Assembly: GCF_964188315.1 (NCBI RefSeq)
Contig: NC_135655.1
Span: 65,844,001 to 65,908,000, forward strand
Source: Podarcis muralis
Lineage: Eukaryota
DNA: 64,000 bases
Reading direction: 5' to 3'
In this document: positions 12,577 through 25,858 of the stretch, piece after piece
How positions within the stretch are numbered: the stretch's first letter is position 1
Layout: every line of letters begins with the position of its first letter
Translations under genes and position numbers: made by a program
Notes under the pieces: generated by a model
Told to the model about the DNA's origin: nothing
The model's input: only the letters and a program-made list of their open reading frames with translations
The model's database searches: none

Positions 12577-12759
12577 GTAAGTAGGCAGGGAATTAAACCT
12601 CCCAAAAGATTTCCTTCTCTGCTGTCCTCTGACAGAATGCTCTGAATGTCTTGCCTTCCACCAAAGTTTATCTCTTTCAAAGAGGAACAGAAAAAATCCA
12701 GTTGATTAATGAGTTTCTTTTTTTATACCATTATGTCTCTTTCCATTTATCTCTCTAAC

Positions 12760-12763
<4 letters not shown>

Positions 12764-12795
<32 letters not shown>
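12764..12795. repeat. (GT)n microsatellite, 190 nt downstream of exon 7
   Basis: Seen directly. Confidence 0.95.
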
Positions 12796-12798
<3 letters not shown>

Positions 12799-15244
12799 AA
12801 GGAGGTGAGTACTAGATTAGGAGTTTGTTTTACTTACCAGGCACTATGGACATATATTTGAATCCTCATGTGCTCTCCCTGTTCTGAGCAGTGAGGATAT
12901 AGCTGCACTATAGACTAATATGCCAGTCATATGCATGCTTACTTTGAAGCAAGTCCAAATGAGTTCAATGGAACATGTTCCCATATAAATGTATAGAGAA
13001 ATGCAGCCATAAAATAGGTTAACAAAGGCAGCCTTTGTCTATTTTAAAGCAAAAAACCAAAAACATAGGCAGCCTTGGGAAATCCAAATCTGTGAAGATT
13101 GTGGAATCTCCAACAGGAAATTACTAGTTTCCTTAAAATTCCCAATTTGGAGGGGGAGCGGTCAAAGTTAATTTGTGACATAACAGATTGTGTTTAAATG
13201 CAAGCTTGTGTTTTAGAATATGACTGATTGTGGAGGAATAATAATAATAGACTCTGACATTATCACAAAAAGTGATAGAGCAACAAACATCCACCAATTG
13301 CCCCATCAGCTCTCCACATCAAAGATTCCCCTGGCTCTTTTGATTCTGTGCCTACTTCAGAACCATTGGATCTAACTCTCTGAAGCTTCCTTGGGTGGTT
13401 GAGTGAGTGGAGAACTATTCTTTCGGATATGGAAGAAAACTTTGGTTAATTCAAACACGAACACAGCTTTAATTAATGAACATATGAAATAGTCATACTG
13501 TGCCTTAGTGTGCAACCCTCTCTTCTTTTCCCCCTAGTCTTCATTTCCTGAAAAAGCCACCTCCTTTTGAAATATCAAACACACTTTCCAGAGTATAACC
13601 CTAGAAAGGACACTACAGGATTAGGCCGCATTCTTACATGACTGGCACATTTCCTAATATACTAATCTTCTAGCACATTTTCATCTCCTTCCTTTCGTCA
13701 TGAAATATGTTGCTTTATTCCACAGTCTTCCTCTAGTCTCATGAGATTTGATTGGCTGTGTCTTTCGTGCAGTTTTCTTTTCCAAACTGGCACATTTCTA
13801 ATGCTTTTTCATCAATGCACACGACGATTCAAGGCTTATGCTTGATTTGGTCAGCTGTGGGGCATGTGTACTTTGGCATTCATGCTCCCAAGGCTTTTGC
13901 CTAAACTGTACAGCATCCCCCCCACACACACACACCTTAAATTGTTCTGTGGACCAGTGGAAAATAGCCTTTTCTAAGCTTGTCATTCCAATGTTATTCT
14001 AAAACAGCATTTTAAAAATAATAATAATAATGGAAAATCCAATCACAACCCCTCTGGTCTTATTTACTAGGATGTTTTAGCAGTGAATAATTTTAAAAGA
14101 ATGCATCTCTAACCTTTTACTCACACACCTATTTAAATATTTCCTAAGCGTATTAGCTCATTCTTATGCTTTTGACACCCTTGATGTTTATAGAATTACT
14201 TACTTCAATTGCCATGTAATTACATTTCCTATCAGTGCAAACAATGTCCAACAAGAAATGATCCAAATTTTAGTCATTTAAAATTTTATACCAAGTTTTA
14301 CTCACTACAGTCAGGACATATCTACATATTGCTCATTTTGGGAATTGGATGCCCTCACAAAGCAGATCTTATCTCTGACAGTCCTCACACACAGAGGGCC
14401 TTCAGAACCGCAACTGCAAATCCACAGGGGCTCAACCTGCTTTGAGTACAACCAGCTTTCTGTTTTGGCAAAATGTAGATGCCCATCTCATGACAGTAGT
14501 ACCCTGTGGTACCCAAGTGGCTATATGTCGTGTCTGGAAAGTGCCCTTGTTTATGTCTAGATTAGATAATCCCTTTCAAAATGTCTGCTCAGGACTAAAT
14601 TTCCAAATGTGGTTGTTGAGAATGGGAAAGGGAGGAGAATTTCAAATTGCTGGAGGAGAATTTCAAAGGCTGTGCAAAATGTGCACGCTCTAATCCTTCT
14701 TAAATCTACAAAACTCTGGGTTATCTTTCTATATGTACCCATTGGCCCTGATCCAGACATTTACACAGGAACAGCAAGCGGTTGTAGATCCGCTGCTGTA
14801 GTTGTGGGTAAACACAGCTTAGTGCACAAGGTTGACTTAGGAGATTCCATATAAGGCAAGGCATGGAGTTACTAGGGTTGCTTAAAGCACCTCCAATTTG
14901 GTTCAGGGCCCAATTTGATGATCTTGATCAGGTCTCAATCTGACCAGAACTAAACCAAAAACTCTTGCCTGCATTGACTCCTCCCCCTCCCTCCAATGCA
15001 TGTTTATGTCATGGAATTCTACTCAAAATTGATCCAGAGCAGATTCCAGCGTATAGTTAGCAGGGTAAAAACTTAAACACATTGCAGGATTCCCAAAAAA
15101 TAGGCCAGAGGCAATGAATATTTCATCCAGCAGAACTTTACTGCTACTGAAGGCAAATGGGCATAATGGTTACAAATCCAATGCATTCAGGATTGGCACT
15201 GTCCATAAGAAATCCAGTTGCAGCAGACTTAACTTAAACTTAGT

Positions 15245-15478
15245 TTGGATTTGATATCCCGCCTTTCACTCCCTTTAAGGAGTCTCAAAGCGGCTAACAT
15301 TCTCCTTTCCCTTCCTCCCCCACAACAAACACTCTGTGAGGTGAGTGGGGCTGAGAGACTTCAGAGGAGTGTGACTAGCCCAAGGTCACCCAGCAGCTGC
15401 ATGTGGAGGAGCGGAGACGCGAACCCGGTTCCCCAGATTACGTGACTACCGCTCTTAACCACTACACCACACTGGCTC
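15245..15478 (-). mobile_element. Squam3-like (MIR-related, tRNA-headed) SINE
   Basis: Reverse complement starts agagccagtgtggtgtagtggttaagagc and ends gggatatcaaatccaaa. Same family as 30307-30746. Confidence 0.85.
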
Positions 15479-16216
15479 TTATTGTTAACTTACAATAACT
15501 TATAATAAGTCTAAACCTAACATTAAGAATACTATGTACAGAACATCACACCAGAAGGAAAATAGATTGAAAGTGAAACCCAGGCTCCTTCTGGCCTCTT
15601 ATTATAGTCAGCATGACCTTGAAGAAGAGAGAACAGAACCAGTTTAAGCCAGTTGTACTCAGCTTCTCTGAAGGAATAACCCAAACATCACAAACTTTCT
15701 GCTTGTTTCTTTTGCACAGAGAAGCTTCCAGAACCCTCGTGAATTAATTAGAATAGGAAAGATGTCTACACATCAGACCAATACTTTCTTCACTAAGAAA
15801 TGCAAACTGACAGTTTAATCCAGGTCTAAATTTGTGGTTGGCAGCAAGGAGAGGGTGGAAGAAGGAGACATGCAGGCAGAGACTTTCACCAGCATTGTCT
15901 TCTTCTCCCCTTCTCTCCTTGTCTCCTGAGCACATCCCTTTTTGACAGCCACAGAGCTCTCTAGACAGACCCAACCAAGAATGATCCAGGGCTGCCTTGA
16001 CCTAGTCTGGACAAATCCCAGATCTACTCAGATCAGTTTGGAATGCAGGATTTGTCTTGACCAGATGTGCAGACCTGTTCATTAACCTATTTCCATGTGT
16101 GGTCTTGTTTCCCCACTCCTGTACAATAGGCTTCTACACACCTGTCTCAGGAGATCCATCTGCTTGTATAAATCTCATTTATGTGCCCAGGTGCCACCCC
16201 ACCCACCACCCCATCT

Positions 16217-16583
16217 TGTAAAATAACCAGTCAAAACTCATTACAAGAAACAAATCAGGCCACAACTTTCATTGATTACAGATGGAAGAGGTTTGGCATA
16301 CGCATTGGGTATAACCATTGACTTGCCAGAAGTAATCCATTTTAGAAGCGGAGGAGGCCTATGACATACATCAAATAGGTCGGAGGCAGGCTGTCTTATA
16401 TTCCCCAGGAGTGGACCCAAGTGAAGCCCACAGGCTCAGTTCGGCGTCTCCTCCACAGGCCAGCCCCATAGCCTGCCCGCAGTTGGCCAATTTGCAGGTA
16501 GGCTTGTATCCACAGCCCTGGATCGTGGTGGGCAAGGCGATGCCAGCTTGCAATGTCACCACACCAAAGATAGTAAGTGGACA
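16217..16583 (-). mobile_element. Possible LTR-like fragment related to 28403-29048
   Basis: Shares aggccacaacttt(c)attgattacaga with the 28403 element. Boundaries are uncertain. Confidence 0.4.
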
Positions 16584-19500
16584 TCTGCAAACTTTGCTAG
16601 GAAAAATTATTGTATTTCAGTATATGCAGCTGTGCTTCCAGCTGTCTAAAGAACAGGGAACTTTACCAACGATTATAATTTCTACACTCAACTTTTCCAT
16701 TTTGCCTTAGATGATTTAGCAATGATTAAAATGTTGCCTCTGGATAAAATAAAATTAGTCCATTATTATGCATAACATGACAAACTAGTTGTGGCAATAT
16801 GGGTTGCTAATTTTCCACTGACTAATATGTATGGATAATGTTCTTAAGAGTAATCACTAAGCCTGCACCAGGAAACAGATTTGCCAAAGCATGGTTTTGC
16901 ACAATATATAACTATGTCAAAATGGATCACTATACATTCAGCAAGATATTACTGCCTGGGAATTAGGCTGGATTGTGATGCATAAAATATTTTCACCCGC
17001 TGTTTGTAGTCTCCAGTGATCATAAAGTTACACTACAGTTGTCAAAAGAAATTGCTGCCCTAATATTTCAGTTTTTAAGATATCACTGTTCAGAATAAGG
17101 AAACATTTTCTCATGTGATGAAATATGACTAATAATTGTTCCAGTAGTTATCATTGAAGTGTCAGTGTTTGCCTGAAGTTAAACTTGTCACTGGTGTCTG
17201 GAAAACTGTGAATGCATTGCTGGATTTTTTAATACGTTGCTTAAAGATTATAAGCATCATCTGTTGTTATACATATGTCATCATTCTAAAAAGGTTATTA
17301 CGCTTGTCGCTCCTAACATTTTTTAAAAAATAATAATAATGCAGCAGTGGTGTAAATCTGTTTTTAACTAATCTGACATATGGGAACAAATATGGCCGAT
17401 TAACCCATTTTTATTTTGCACAAGTTGAACTGAACTGAATGACAAAAAGCACAAAATCCTGATGATCACATACAGCAGAGTCATCTACTGTTGCTACATA
17501 TCATAAACAGAAAGAGGTTGCTATCCAGAGGGTCTTCAACATTAAAAAAGAAAAGTTGCATTTCTCTGTTCAAAGATTGCAAGCCTTGCACAAAGAATTG
17601 TCCAGTTTGAGATGTAGTGTCTCTTATTTAAACTCTTTTGGCTTCCTTTGACACTCCAGTCATTTCATCCGAGGAGAAACTTTCAAGTTTGCTTAAGGCA
17701 AAAACTCTGGATGACCTAGGGTTGTAACTTGTGAAGAACACCATGGGAAATTTAACTAGTTTTACTGAAACTTTCTTTGGCATCCCTAAGAACTCATTGG
17801 ACATTTTGCCTGAGGGGGGAAAATCAAATCCACTTCTGATTTCATGTTAGGTGAAATTTCTGTGAGATGCATAGGAGGACAATTAACTGTGGAAAACAGC
17901 TGCAGTTTGCAAAACGAAGTATGTCTAAGTTGAATTAACTCTGGAATAGGGCTTTGCCAAGCAGAGGACACATCATTATTTGTCTTACTTATACGCCAGT
18001 GCCTTATAACTGAAAATTTATAAGCCTGCTTCACTATGTAAGCAACTTCTCTATGTTATGGACATAGGTTGTTACTATAACATAGTACAACTGTGACAGG
18101 TATAAATGAGTTAAAATGGTAGGCATGGTTCTCATGTAACTTTTTGATGTGGTAAAGTCACCATGAGGTGATTTAACTATGTAGAATTCACATGCTGAAT
18201 CTTTTATTTTAATGCAGCCTTAAATAGTGTGAGAGAAATGCTATTTGCAATGTTTTCAAAGTCTAGTGTACAGTAGATTTTTCTCAGTTTGGAAATAATA
18301 GTTTCTCACTATATGAGAATGTTCTGTGGTCTTCAATAGGGTCCCCAGATTTTGTTGGACTACAGCTTAGCCAACTGTGAGGGATGGTGGGACCCAAGGT
18401 GAAGAGCGCTTCTCTAATTTATTCAAAATCACTAAAGATGCATGTGGTACAATCACATCAGGTTACCTTACTATGTCAAGAGGTAATGTGGGTCTTAGAC
18501 TGAATGTCCGATTGCTTCACCTAATGCTTTGCTTGAACAAGAATGCCGGTGTTCATCATCATCATAATGTGGAAGCATGCCACCCATTGAGACAGTTTAC
18601 TTTAGCAAAAAAACTAAGGACCATTATAGGGAAAATGGGAGGGGGAGCCAATGGCATGGAAGAACTCAAATCCGTTATAGAGAGCTCTTAGGAACTAACT
18701 TATAGTGCAGTAAATAGGTATGAAATCCATAAGGCACAGAAATATGGTCTGCACTTTTCTTATTTGCACAGCTGCATACGGCCTGTCTTTGGGGCCTTTA
18801 TACTTGGATAAAAGGGTTATCATTTGATTGGTTACACCTTTGATGCAACATCATGTTCTTGGCTACAGAATTGTTTAAATATATGTGGTCAATCTGGAAT
18901 CTTTTTGAAAACCTGTGACCAAAGATAAGCAAGGGGTATCCTTCTAAAAGATAACCCTCAGCTGTCTCAAAAGATAAGTATGCCCTGAGAGCATCTTAAC
19001 AGATGGTCACTAATATGTGCCGATGTAGGGAGGTCTGCTTGTTCTTTATTCAGAAGGCAACTATTCTGAATGGCACTCTGCTTTAAGACTTGCAGTCCTG
19101 TTGCTATAACCTTAGATACCAGAGAAATTATCACGACTGAACAATGTATAAAAAGAGGAGACTGCTGAACAGCTATATACTTACGGTAGATGATACACAT
19201 GGTGGGCATTCGACGTACCAAATAGGTTAGAAACCCTGTGATTTAGCTTGGGTATCTGAATCAGTCCCACGTGGCTCCCCATCTCAATATAATCTTCCAG
19301 AAGCATTACTTGGTTGTCTCCTCCATAAGTGCACACATAGTTTGTCCACCCAAACCAGGATTCTAATTAATTTTGATGGAATTGATGGCCACATTTTCAT
19401 GGGGTGCAAGAATTGATTATCTCAAATGAAATTAGTTGGAGCATGTGAGGTATATGTTCAGGGCACAAATTGGCAGGCATTCAGCTAAACCTTCAATTGT

Positions 19501-19714
19501 AGTTTAGAAATTCTTTGAGCCATTCAGATAAATAAGAGTGAATTGATACATTTCATATTTTATCTATACAGCATTGCCGCTTCCAATAACAAAGGATTGT
19601 TTCCCTTCCGTGTTGAGAGACAAGATACTTCCCATGTTGGAATTAATAGAGCCAATGGAGGGATGACTCTAACATTGCATGGGTGCAGCCTCATCATATA
19701 GAGAGGGGGTGCAA

Positions 19715-19761
<47 letters not shown>

Positions 19762-20147
19762 TTATATCCCGCCCATTTGGTCAGTTCTCCCCAGCCGCTT
19801 GAGGCAGGTCCCAGCAGAATGTTAAAAACACAATAAAACATCAAACATCAAAAACTTCCCTAAACAGGGCTGCCTTCAGATGTCTTCTAAAAGTCAGAAA
19901 GTTGTTTATTTCCTTGACATCAGATGGGAGGGCATTCCAAAGGGCAGGCACCACTACCGAGAAGGCCCTCTGCCTGATTCCCTGTAACTTCGCTTCTCGC
20001 AGTGAGGGAACTGCCAGAAGGCCCTCTGCACTGGACCTCAGTGTCTGGGCTGAATGATGGGGGGTGGAGATGCTCCTTCAGGTTTACTAATCTGAGGCTG
20101 TTTAGGGTTTTAAACACTTTGAATTGTGCTTGGAAACGTACTGGAAG
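19715..20147 (-). mobile_element. L2-like LINE 3' fragment with (TAA)n tail
   Basis: (att)n then cttatatcccgcccatttgg...cttccctaaacagggctgccttcagatgtcttctaaaag...ggaaacgtactgg. Confidence 0.85.
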
Positions 20148-21185
20148 TAACATGAAAGTACCATTAATTTTGCAAACGTAGCATCAATCAAGTCAAGTTT
20201 TGTAGTGTACTCCATAAAGCAATCTATTTCCTTCTGAAAAAGAGGAAACCTATAGTCATTTCATTGATGAACGTATTTATTTTGCTTAATAGTGATTTAA
20301 AGGATTTAAAAACAAACAAACCACAATTTTGCTTTTAAGCTGACCATACTGTTCTTCTGTTGTGTGAACAATGAAAAGAACTGAGAGCAGGATTACTTTG
20401 CATTTCTGAACAATATAGTGTTTGGAATGGTTACATGTCTCACAGTGTTGATGTTTAATCTGTCATTTTAGTGAGGGACACCTGAATGCATGTGAATATT
20501 TCTAAAGACCGAATGGAGCAGTGGTTGAATTTTTCTTTACTGTTTCAGAAACAACACTCACAGAACATCTGAGCCCAAGTGGCAGGCGGCGTTATTCAAC
20601 TTTGCTGCTGTCCTTCAGAAAAACTCTGAGTGAAATAAATTGACACCTCAATTCCCTGCCCTGCTCACTGTTGTTAATAACAGTGATGACCCTAACCTGT
20701 AGCAGCTGTTTTCATATTCCAGGCTATACAACCCACCTATGGCCATTCCTAAGGGACTCCCACAGGGAAGCAGCCAGGCTTAATAACAGAACAGCTTGAC
20801 AGCCATAGCACAAAAATGAAGAGCACTTTGAAAAGTGTCCTTAATTAATCAACACATGTCCAGCTGAGGTAATTAACAATACCCTCCGTGTTGTTCCTGT
20901 TACATCTCACACTTAGGCTCAGCGTGAAGCTTTATTTGCCAAGTGTAATTTTTGTTGAGATTGTAACTCTCCAGAATCCTGGGGCATACATAGTTTCCAA
21001 ATGAAGCTACAAATCCATCCAGGGCAACTCATAATACCTAAACCACTTGGTCAGGAGGGACCAAGGCCATTGCAAGAGCTTCTTCCAGGTGATTTTCATG
21101 CCATGCCAAACCAGTAACAGTGGCCACAGGGGGGCGGTGAAGCTTCCAAATGGTCAATACTTTTCAGACACAGAATTTAATCATG

Positions 21186-21439
21186 TACAGTCATACCTTG
21201 GATCCCAAATGCTTTGCAAGTTGAACGTTTTGGCTCCCAAATACCGCAAACCCAGAAGTGAGTGTTCCAATTTGTGAACGTTCTTTGGAACCCAAAGGTC
21301 CAACTTGACTTCTGTGGCTTCCGATTGGCTCCAGGAGCTTCCTGCAGCCATTCAGAAGCCACCCCTTGGTTTCCAAACGTTTTGGAAGTTGAACGGATTT
21401 TCAGAATGGATTCCGTTTGACTTCCAAGTTGCCACTGTA
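21186..21439 (+). mobile_element. Tc1/mariner-type MITE, family B
   Basis: TACAGTCATACCTTGG ... CCAAGTTGCCACTGTA; homologous to 29920 and 45959. Confidence 0.82.
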
Positions 21440-21517
21440 CTGGAAAATTTAGGCTGCACAATTAAAGTGGATTTGGTGCTTTTGTGCAACATGATGATGA
21501 TGATGATGATACCAATA

Positions 21518-21626
21518 GCAACAAAACATGTCTCTCCCAAAGAGGTCTCTACAGCCAAGTGGTTTGACTTCACCCACAAAGGTGTATTCCTCCACTGTCT
21601 CCTGAGGCAGATGGATTCCAACCAAT
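21518..21626 (+). mobile_element. RTE LINE extreme 3' end
   Basis: gcaacaaaacatgtctctccca...ctccactgtctcctgaggcagatgga matches 29557-29660. Confidence 0.7.
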
Positions 21627-22700
21627 ACTTTTTCTAGTAAGGAAAGGGATGGAGAACTACACTGGAAAGTGTGGGATAATAATGGCTTAGCATGGCATTG
21701 GAAAACCTCTCCACAAATGAATCCTCATTACACAACAGGCATTGTTTATTGTCCCCACAAACTTCATGGCAAGCAAATCAAGATGAATCTGAAGTAAACA
21801 GGTCATCAGGAAGCAACCAAAATGATTGATGTGGCTATGTCCCAGATCAGTGTCACCAGTGCTTAGTAGATGATTACTACCCCCCCCCCCACACACACAC
21901 ATACACACACCTTCATTTCCATTTGACTTTCACCGAATGTTGGCTAAGATACGTTTGATAAGACCAACAACACTTTTAATTACATTAGCAAAGCTGGTGA
22001 TCATTTCGCAAGTTTACTTTTGTGAAGCGTTTTAAAAACGTTAGAATTTATAATGGAATCAAAGCCCACTCGAAGGAATGTTTCCTGACACAAGCTAAAG
22101 AGGGCATTTGAATTTCAGCTTTGTTGTCTATGTGAGGAAATTCTGGTGTAGCTTCCAACGTGTACAGATCATCAAATGGGAGACTGCAATTATATTGCCT
22201 CTTGTGGGAGTCCTCTAGTTGCTGTTGCCAATCAGTTTAACACACTGTGGGCACTCTGTATGAAAGTACTGTTGCCATCAGCTGTGGGACCCATGTGACA
22301 AGGGTGTTCTGTGCTGAATAGTCCTATAAATCTGAATATATTGTATTGAGGCCCATTGTAGTGCTATGTTGTTTTACTGGGATTGTATTGTTTTAATTAC
22401 CGTATTTAACTTCTTAATGTTTTAATGGGACTGTTTTATTGTGTACTTATCGGTATTTCTATTTTAATGTCTCTGTGACAGGTTTTTATACTTCTCTATA
22501 AAAGTATAACACTTGGAAGCCTATTTGGACTTTAAGTGCTATATGAACTAAAACAAAAACTCTTATAAAACATAGTGCCATGTATTTGAAGCGTTTCCTG
22601 CTTACAGAGCATCCTTATTTGGATTTTCAGTTCATTGCATTTCAGAGTCTCAAGGTAGAAAACAATGTATTGTTGAATGGCAACTAAATTTAAAAACATC

Positions 22701-23525
22701 TGTCAGAGCTGCCCTAGGTCCCAGCTCACAAAGGACCAACGCCAGTTCGTTGTTATATAAAACAGTCTTTATTGAAGCTCAGTTTCTTTTTCACAGCCGC
22801 GGCGCGCAGCTCTACGTCTCAAACTCTAGACCGCCGAAGCTCCGTCTGAATCTCCTCCCCCCAGACACCAGTTTAAGACTCTAGCCTTGCTCCACCTCTT
22901 CCTCTGCTCTCTTCTCCTCTGGGCCCGCCTGTCCGCTGGGGTCTCGCCTCTCCTAGACTCTTCTGACGCTGAGTCTCCTGAGTCCTCCCCCTCCCTCCGG
23001 CGGGCTTTAGGACCTGGTTCCCAATCCGGGTTTCCTGCTGTGCCGCGCGCCTGTACATTCGAACTTGGCGCGCGCGCCCAGCCGGCCACCTTCCTCCTGA
23101 CCGTTACACTGCTCCTGTCACTGCTTCCCCCTTTGGGGAGGCTAGCTGCACCTGACTCTCCCTCTGTTCCCTCACTCTGCGATGGAGGCGTGGCCACCCT
23201 TGACTCATCCTCTCTCCCTGCTGGAGGAGAAGCTGGCCCTGATACATGTGACTCTTCCCCCTCACTACGCTCTGGTGGAGTAGCTGGTCCTGCTCTCCCG
23301 CTGCTGCTTTGGGAGTCCCCGCTGGCCCCTTGCTTCTGGTGTGCCCCCCCTGGGACCCCCCTTGCCCTGGAAATCGTCACCCCCCTCTGGGAATCTTCTG
23401 ATTCACTGGAGAGACTCATGGAATCTCTCGGGCCACTTTCGTACTCCCCTACGCTGCCCTCAGATTCTTCCCCTTCGCTCTCCATTTCCTCTCTCCCCTG
23501 TGCCTCTGCTCCTGAGCCCCTGACA
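22701..23525 (-). mobile_element. Solo LTR (825 bp), Gypsy/ERV-type
   Basis: TGTCAG...CTGACA termini and perfect 5-bp TSD acatc (22696-22700, 23526-23530). Minus-strand AATAAA at 22768-22773. CpG-rich. Confidence 0.9.
22826..23485 (-). CDS. 219-aa ORF inside the solo LTR, acidic S/E/G-rich with a basic C-terminal segment; function unknown
   Basis: ATG in gaaATGg context and TAG at 22826-22828. Fully within the LTR in sense orientation. No recognised domain. Confidence 0.5.
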   Translation of the reverse strand: MESEGEESEGSVGEYESGPRDSMSLSSESEDSQRGVTISRARGVPGGAHQKQGASGDSQSSSGRAGPATPPERSEGEESHVSGPASPPAGREDESRVATPPSQSEGTEGESGAASLPKGGSSDRSSVTVRRKVAGWARAPSSNVQARGTAGNPDWEPGPKARRREGEDSGDSASEESRRGETPADRRAQRRREQRKRWSKARVLNWCLGGGDSDGASAV

Positions 23526-23683
23526 ACATCATAAATAGAAAATGCCCATCGAAAGTTGGACTTCTCATTTGCTGTCGTGATGACATTGTTTGTTGTTAAT
23601 TATTATTATTATTATCACCCATGTTGTGGCATAAGAAAAAAAGAGAGATCTAAATTGCAAGAAACATACACCCTAAAGTCTGA

Positions 23684-24068
23684 CATACCCTCCAATATTT
23701 CTCCAATGAAAATAGGGACATGCTATTTCATCATCACCATCACCATTGTATTATTTATACCCCACTCATCTGACTAGGTTGTCCAGCCACTCTGGGTGGC
23801 TTCCAACATATATAAAAACATAACAAAACATTGAACATTAAACATTTCCCTATAAGGGCTGCCTTCAGATGTCTTCTAAAGGTTGTATAGTTATTTATCC
23901 CCTTGGCTTGGGGGAGGGGTCGCATAACTCCATACCCTCCAACATTCCTCCGATGAAAATAGGGATGTCCTAAGGAAAAGTGGGACATTCCAGGATGAAA
24001 TAAGAAATCGGGGTGGCTTCTGTAAGTCTGGGAGAGTTCCAGGAAAATAGGAATACTTGGAGTGTCTG
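23684..24068. mobile_element. Composite MITE carrying an L2 3' tail (copy 1)
   Basis: Ends cataccctccaa / ttggagtgtctg, 6-bp direct repeat gtctga on both sides, internal L2 tail. Same layout as 43722-44052. Confidence 0.75.
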
Positions 24069-25858
24069 GTCTGAGTGAATGACAGAACAGAAGGAAAAGG
24101 AAGGAGAGATGCCGGTGTAAAAAGCAATGAAATGTGAGCAAGTACAGCTGCAACTACCATTGTCTTTGAAGATGAGGATTGGAAGGTTAGGCAAGGGTTT
24201 CATGGAGAAGGGATGCTTTGGGGTTTTTAAATAGTCACCTGAATAAGAGGGTCTTGTATTTCTTAAGGAGTATACAGAATATACAGACTCTGGCTTAGCT
24301 GGATCTCAGGGTAGAGAGAGCTCCAGAAACAGGGGAGCGAGCATGAAGAAGGCCTCTTTCCATGTCTCTGTGGTGTGAACGTGCCACAAAAAAGGTCATT
24401 GCCAAGCTATGTTCTCCCTTGATGGTTGCAATCACAATGGTGGCACAGAGAAGGAGGTGGCCTCTCTTACTATTACAGCTCCCTGCCCACTCGTGGGTAT
24501 CTGCGGGGTGTTTTCAGCATCTTTTCCTACTTAAAGCGCAAGTGTTGGCAAAGATGTTGCTCTTCTTGGCTGCTTTCCCACTCATTTCTCCTCTCTGGAG
24601 GCAACTCCAGTGGCTACAGTGAGAGTGGGAGACAGCATGCAGATGGATGGGCCGGGAGTCTTCAAAGAGGTTCTGCCAGCTGCTTTTTATCAGCTCTCTT
24701 GCAGCAGAAAGAATTCCCCATCGTGTAGTTGAAGAATTAGCCTCTTTTTCTAAACCATTGGCCCTTTTCCCACCCACCCACCTTGTGTGATCCATGCCGC
24801 TTCTTCCTATGGCCCACACAAGTAAAGAGAAGGGGAGGTTTCTTCTGCAGAACTGCTCCCGGTGACCAAGCTGACAACTTGGTTTTTGTGCTCCCTGATG
24901 CCAGTAAATAAAATAAACACCAGGAAAGCACCTTAATGCTGCAAGCCAAGTCAGGCATGCACTTGCTCAGTGAATCTGAGCACATTAGGTACTGCTCTGT
25001 AGCCATCTGAATAGTCTTTGTTGTTGTTCTTATAAAATAGATGCTTAGGCATAAATGCAGTTTGATCAACATCAAAAGGGAAAGAAAACAAACATTGTGG
25101 ACCATGCCCCCTTCTCTCTCTCTCTCTTTCTCTATTTGAATGATGTTCTACTGTAAATTATATGAAGAAAGCTGGCATTTTTGTGCAGCAGGACCTGTGG
25201 GGAAAATAGAATTAACAGGAAAGTAAATGAGCCGTTTCTGAGTAAAGGGACTGCCTCTCAGTGAATCCCCTGTGCTGTTCTGCAGGCGACTCTGGATGTT
25301 ATTGGTCCAGAAATAACATTGCCACCTCTTGTAATTTTAACACACAGTTTGCCATGGCTGGTGCTGTGATTCTTAACTCCCAAGTTGCTGGAGTTTATAA
25401 TAACATCCAGGGTTTACTGGCTTCATTAAATAGTTTAAAGGGTGTATTTGTAACTTGCAACAGTTATAAAAGGAAAACAGGACCCAAGCTAGCTCTGGGG
25501 ACTGAGGTTATATAAAGAGAGGTCATAAGAATCAAACTGTTACATAGCTTTCAATTGCCACATGATAGCAAAGCCAGTCTCACTATAGGGAAAGAAAGGG
25601 TACTTGAGTCCTGATATTTTGATGCTCCACTGATATTTTGTGCAGTCCTGAAAATAATGCTTAATACTTCCATGGCAATGATACTCTGTGACTTGAGCTT
25701 TGAGTAGGAGAGGAGCAGCTGAACTGTGGTCCTGCAGATGTTGCTGATCTACAACTCCCATTATCCCTGGTCATTGACCATAATAGGTAGGAATTATGGG
25801 AGTTGTAGTGCATCAAATATCTGAACAGTTGCAGGTTAACCACCCCTAATATAAAACA

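Noticed and set aside
22887-23534. 215-aa plus-strand ORF over the solo LTR
   Set aside because: Starts at TTG, runs past the LTR edge and is the L/P/S-rich antisense shadow of the minus-strand ORF in GC-rich sequence.
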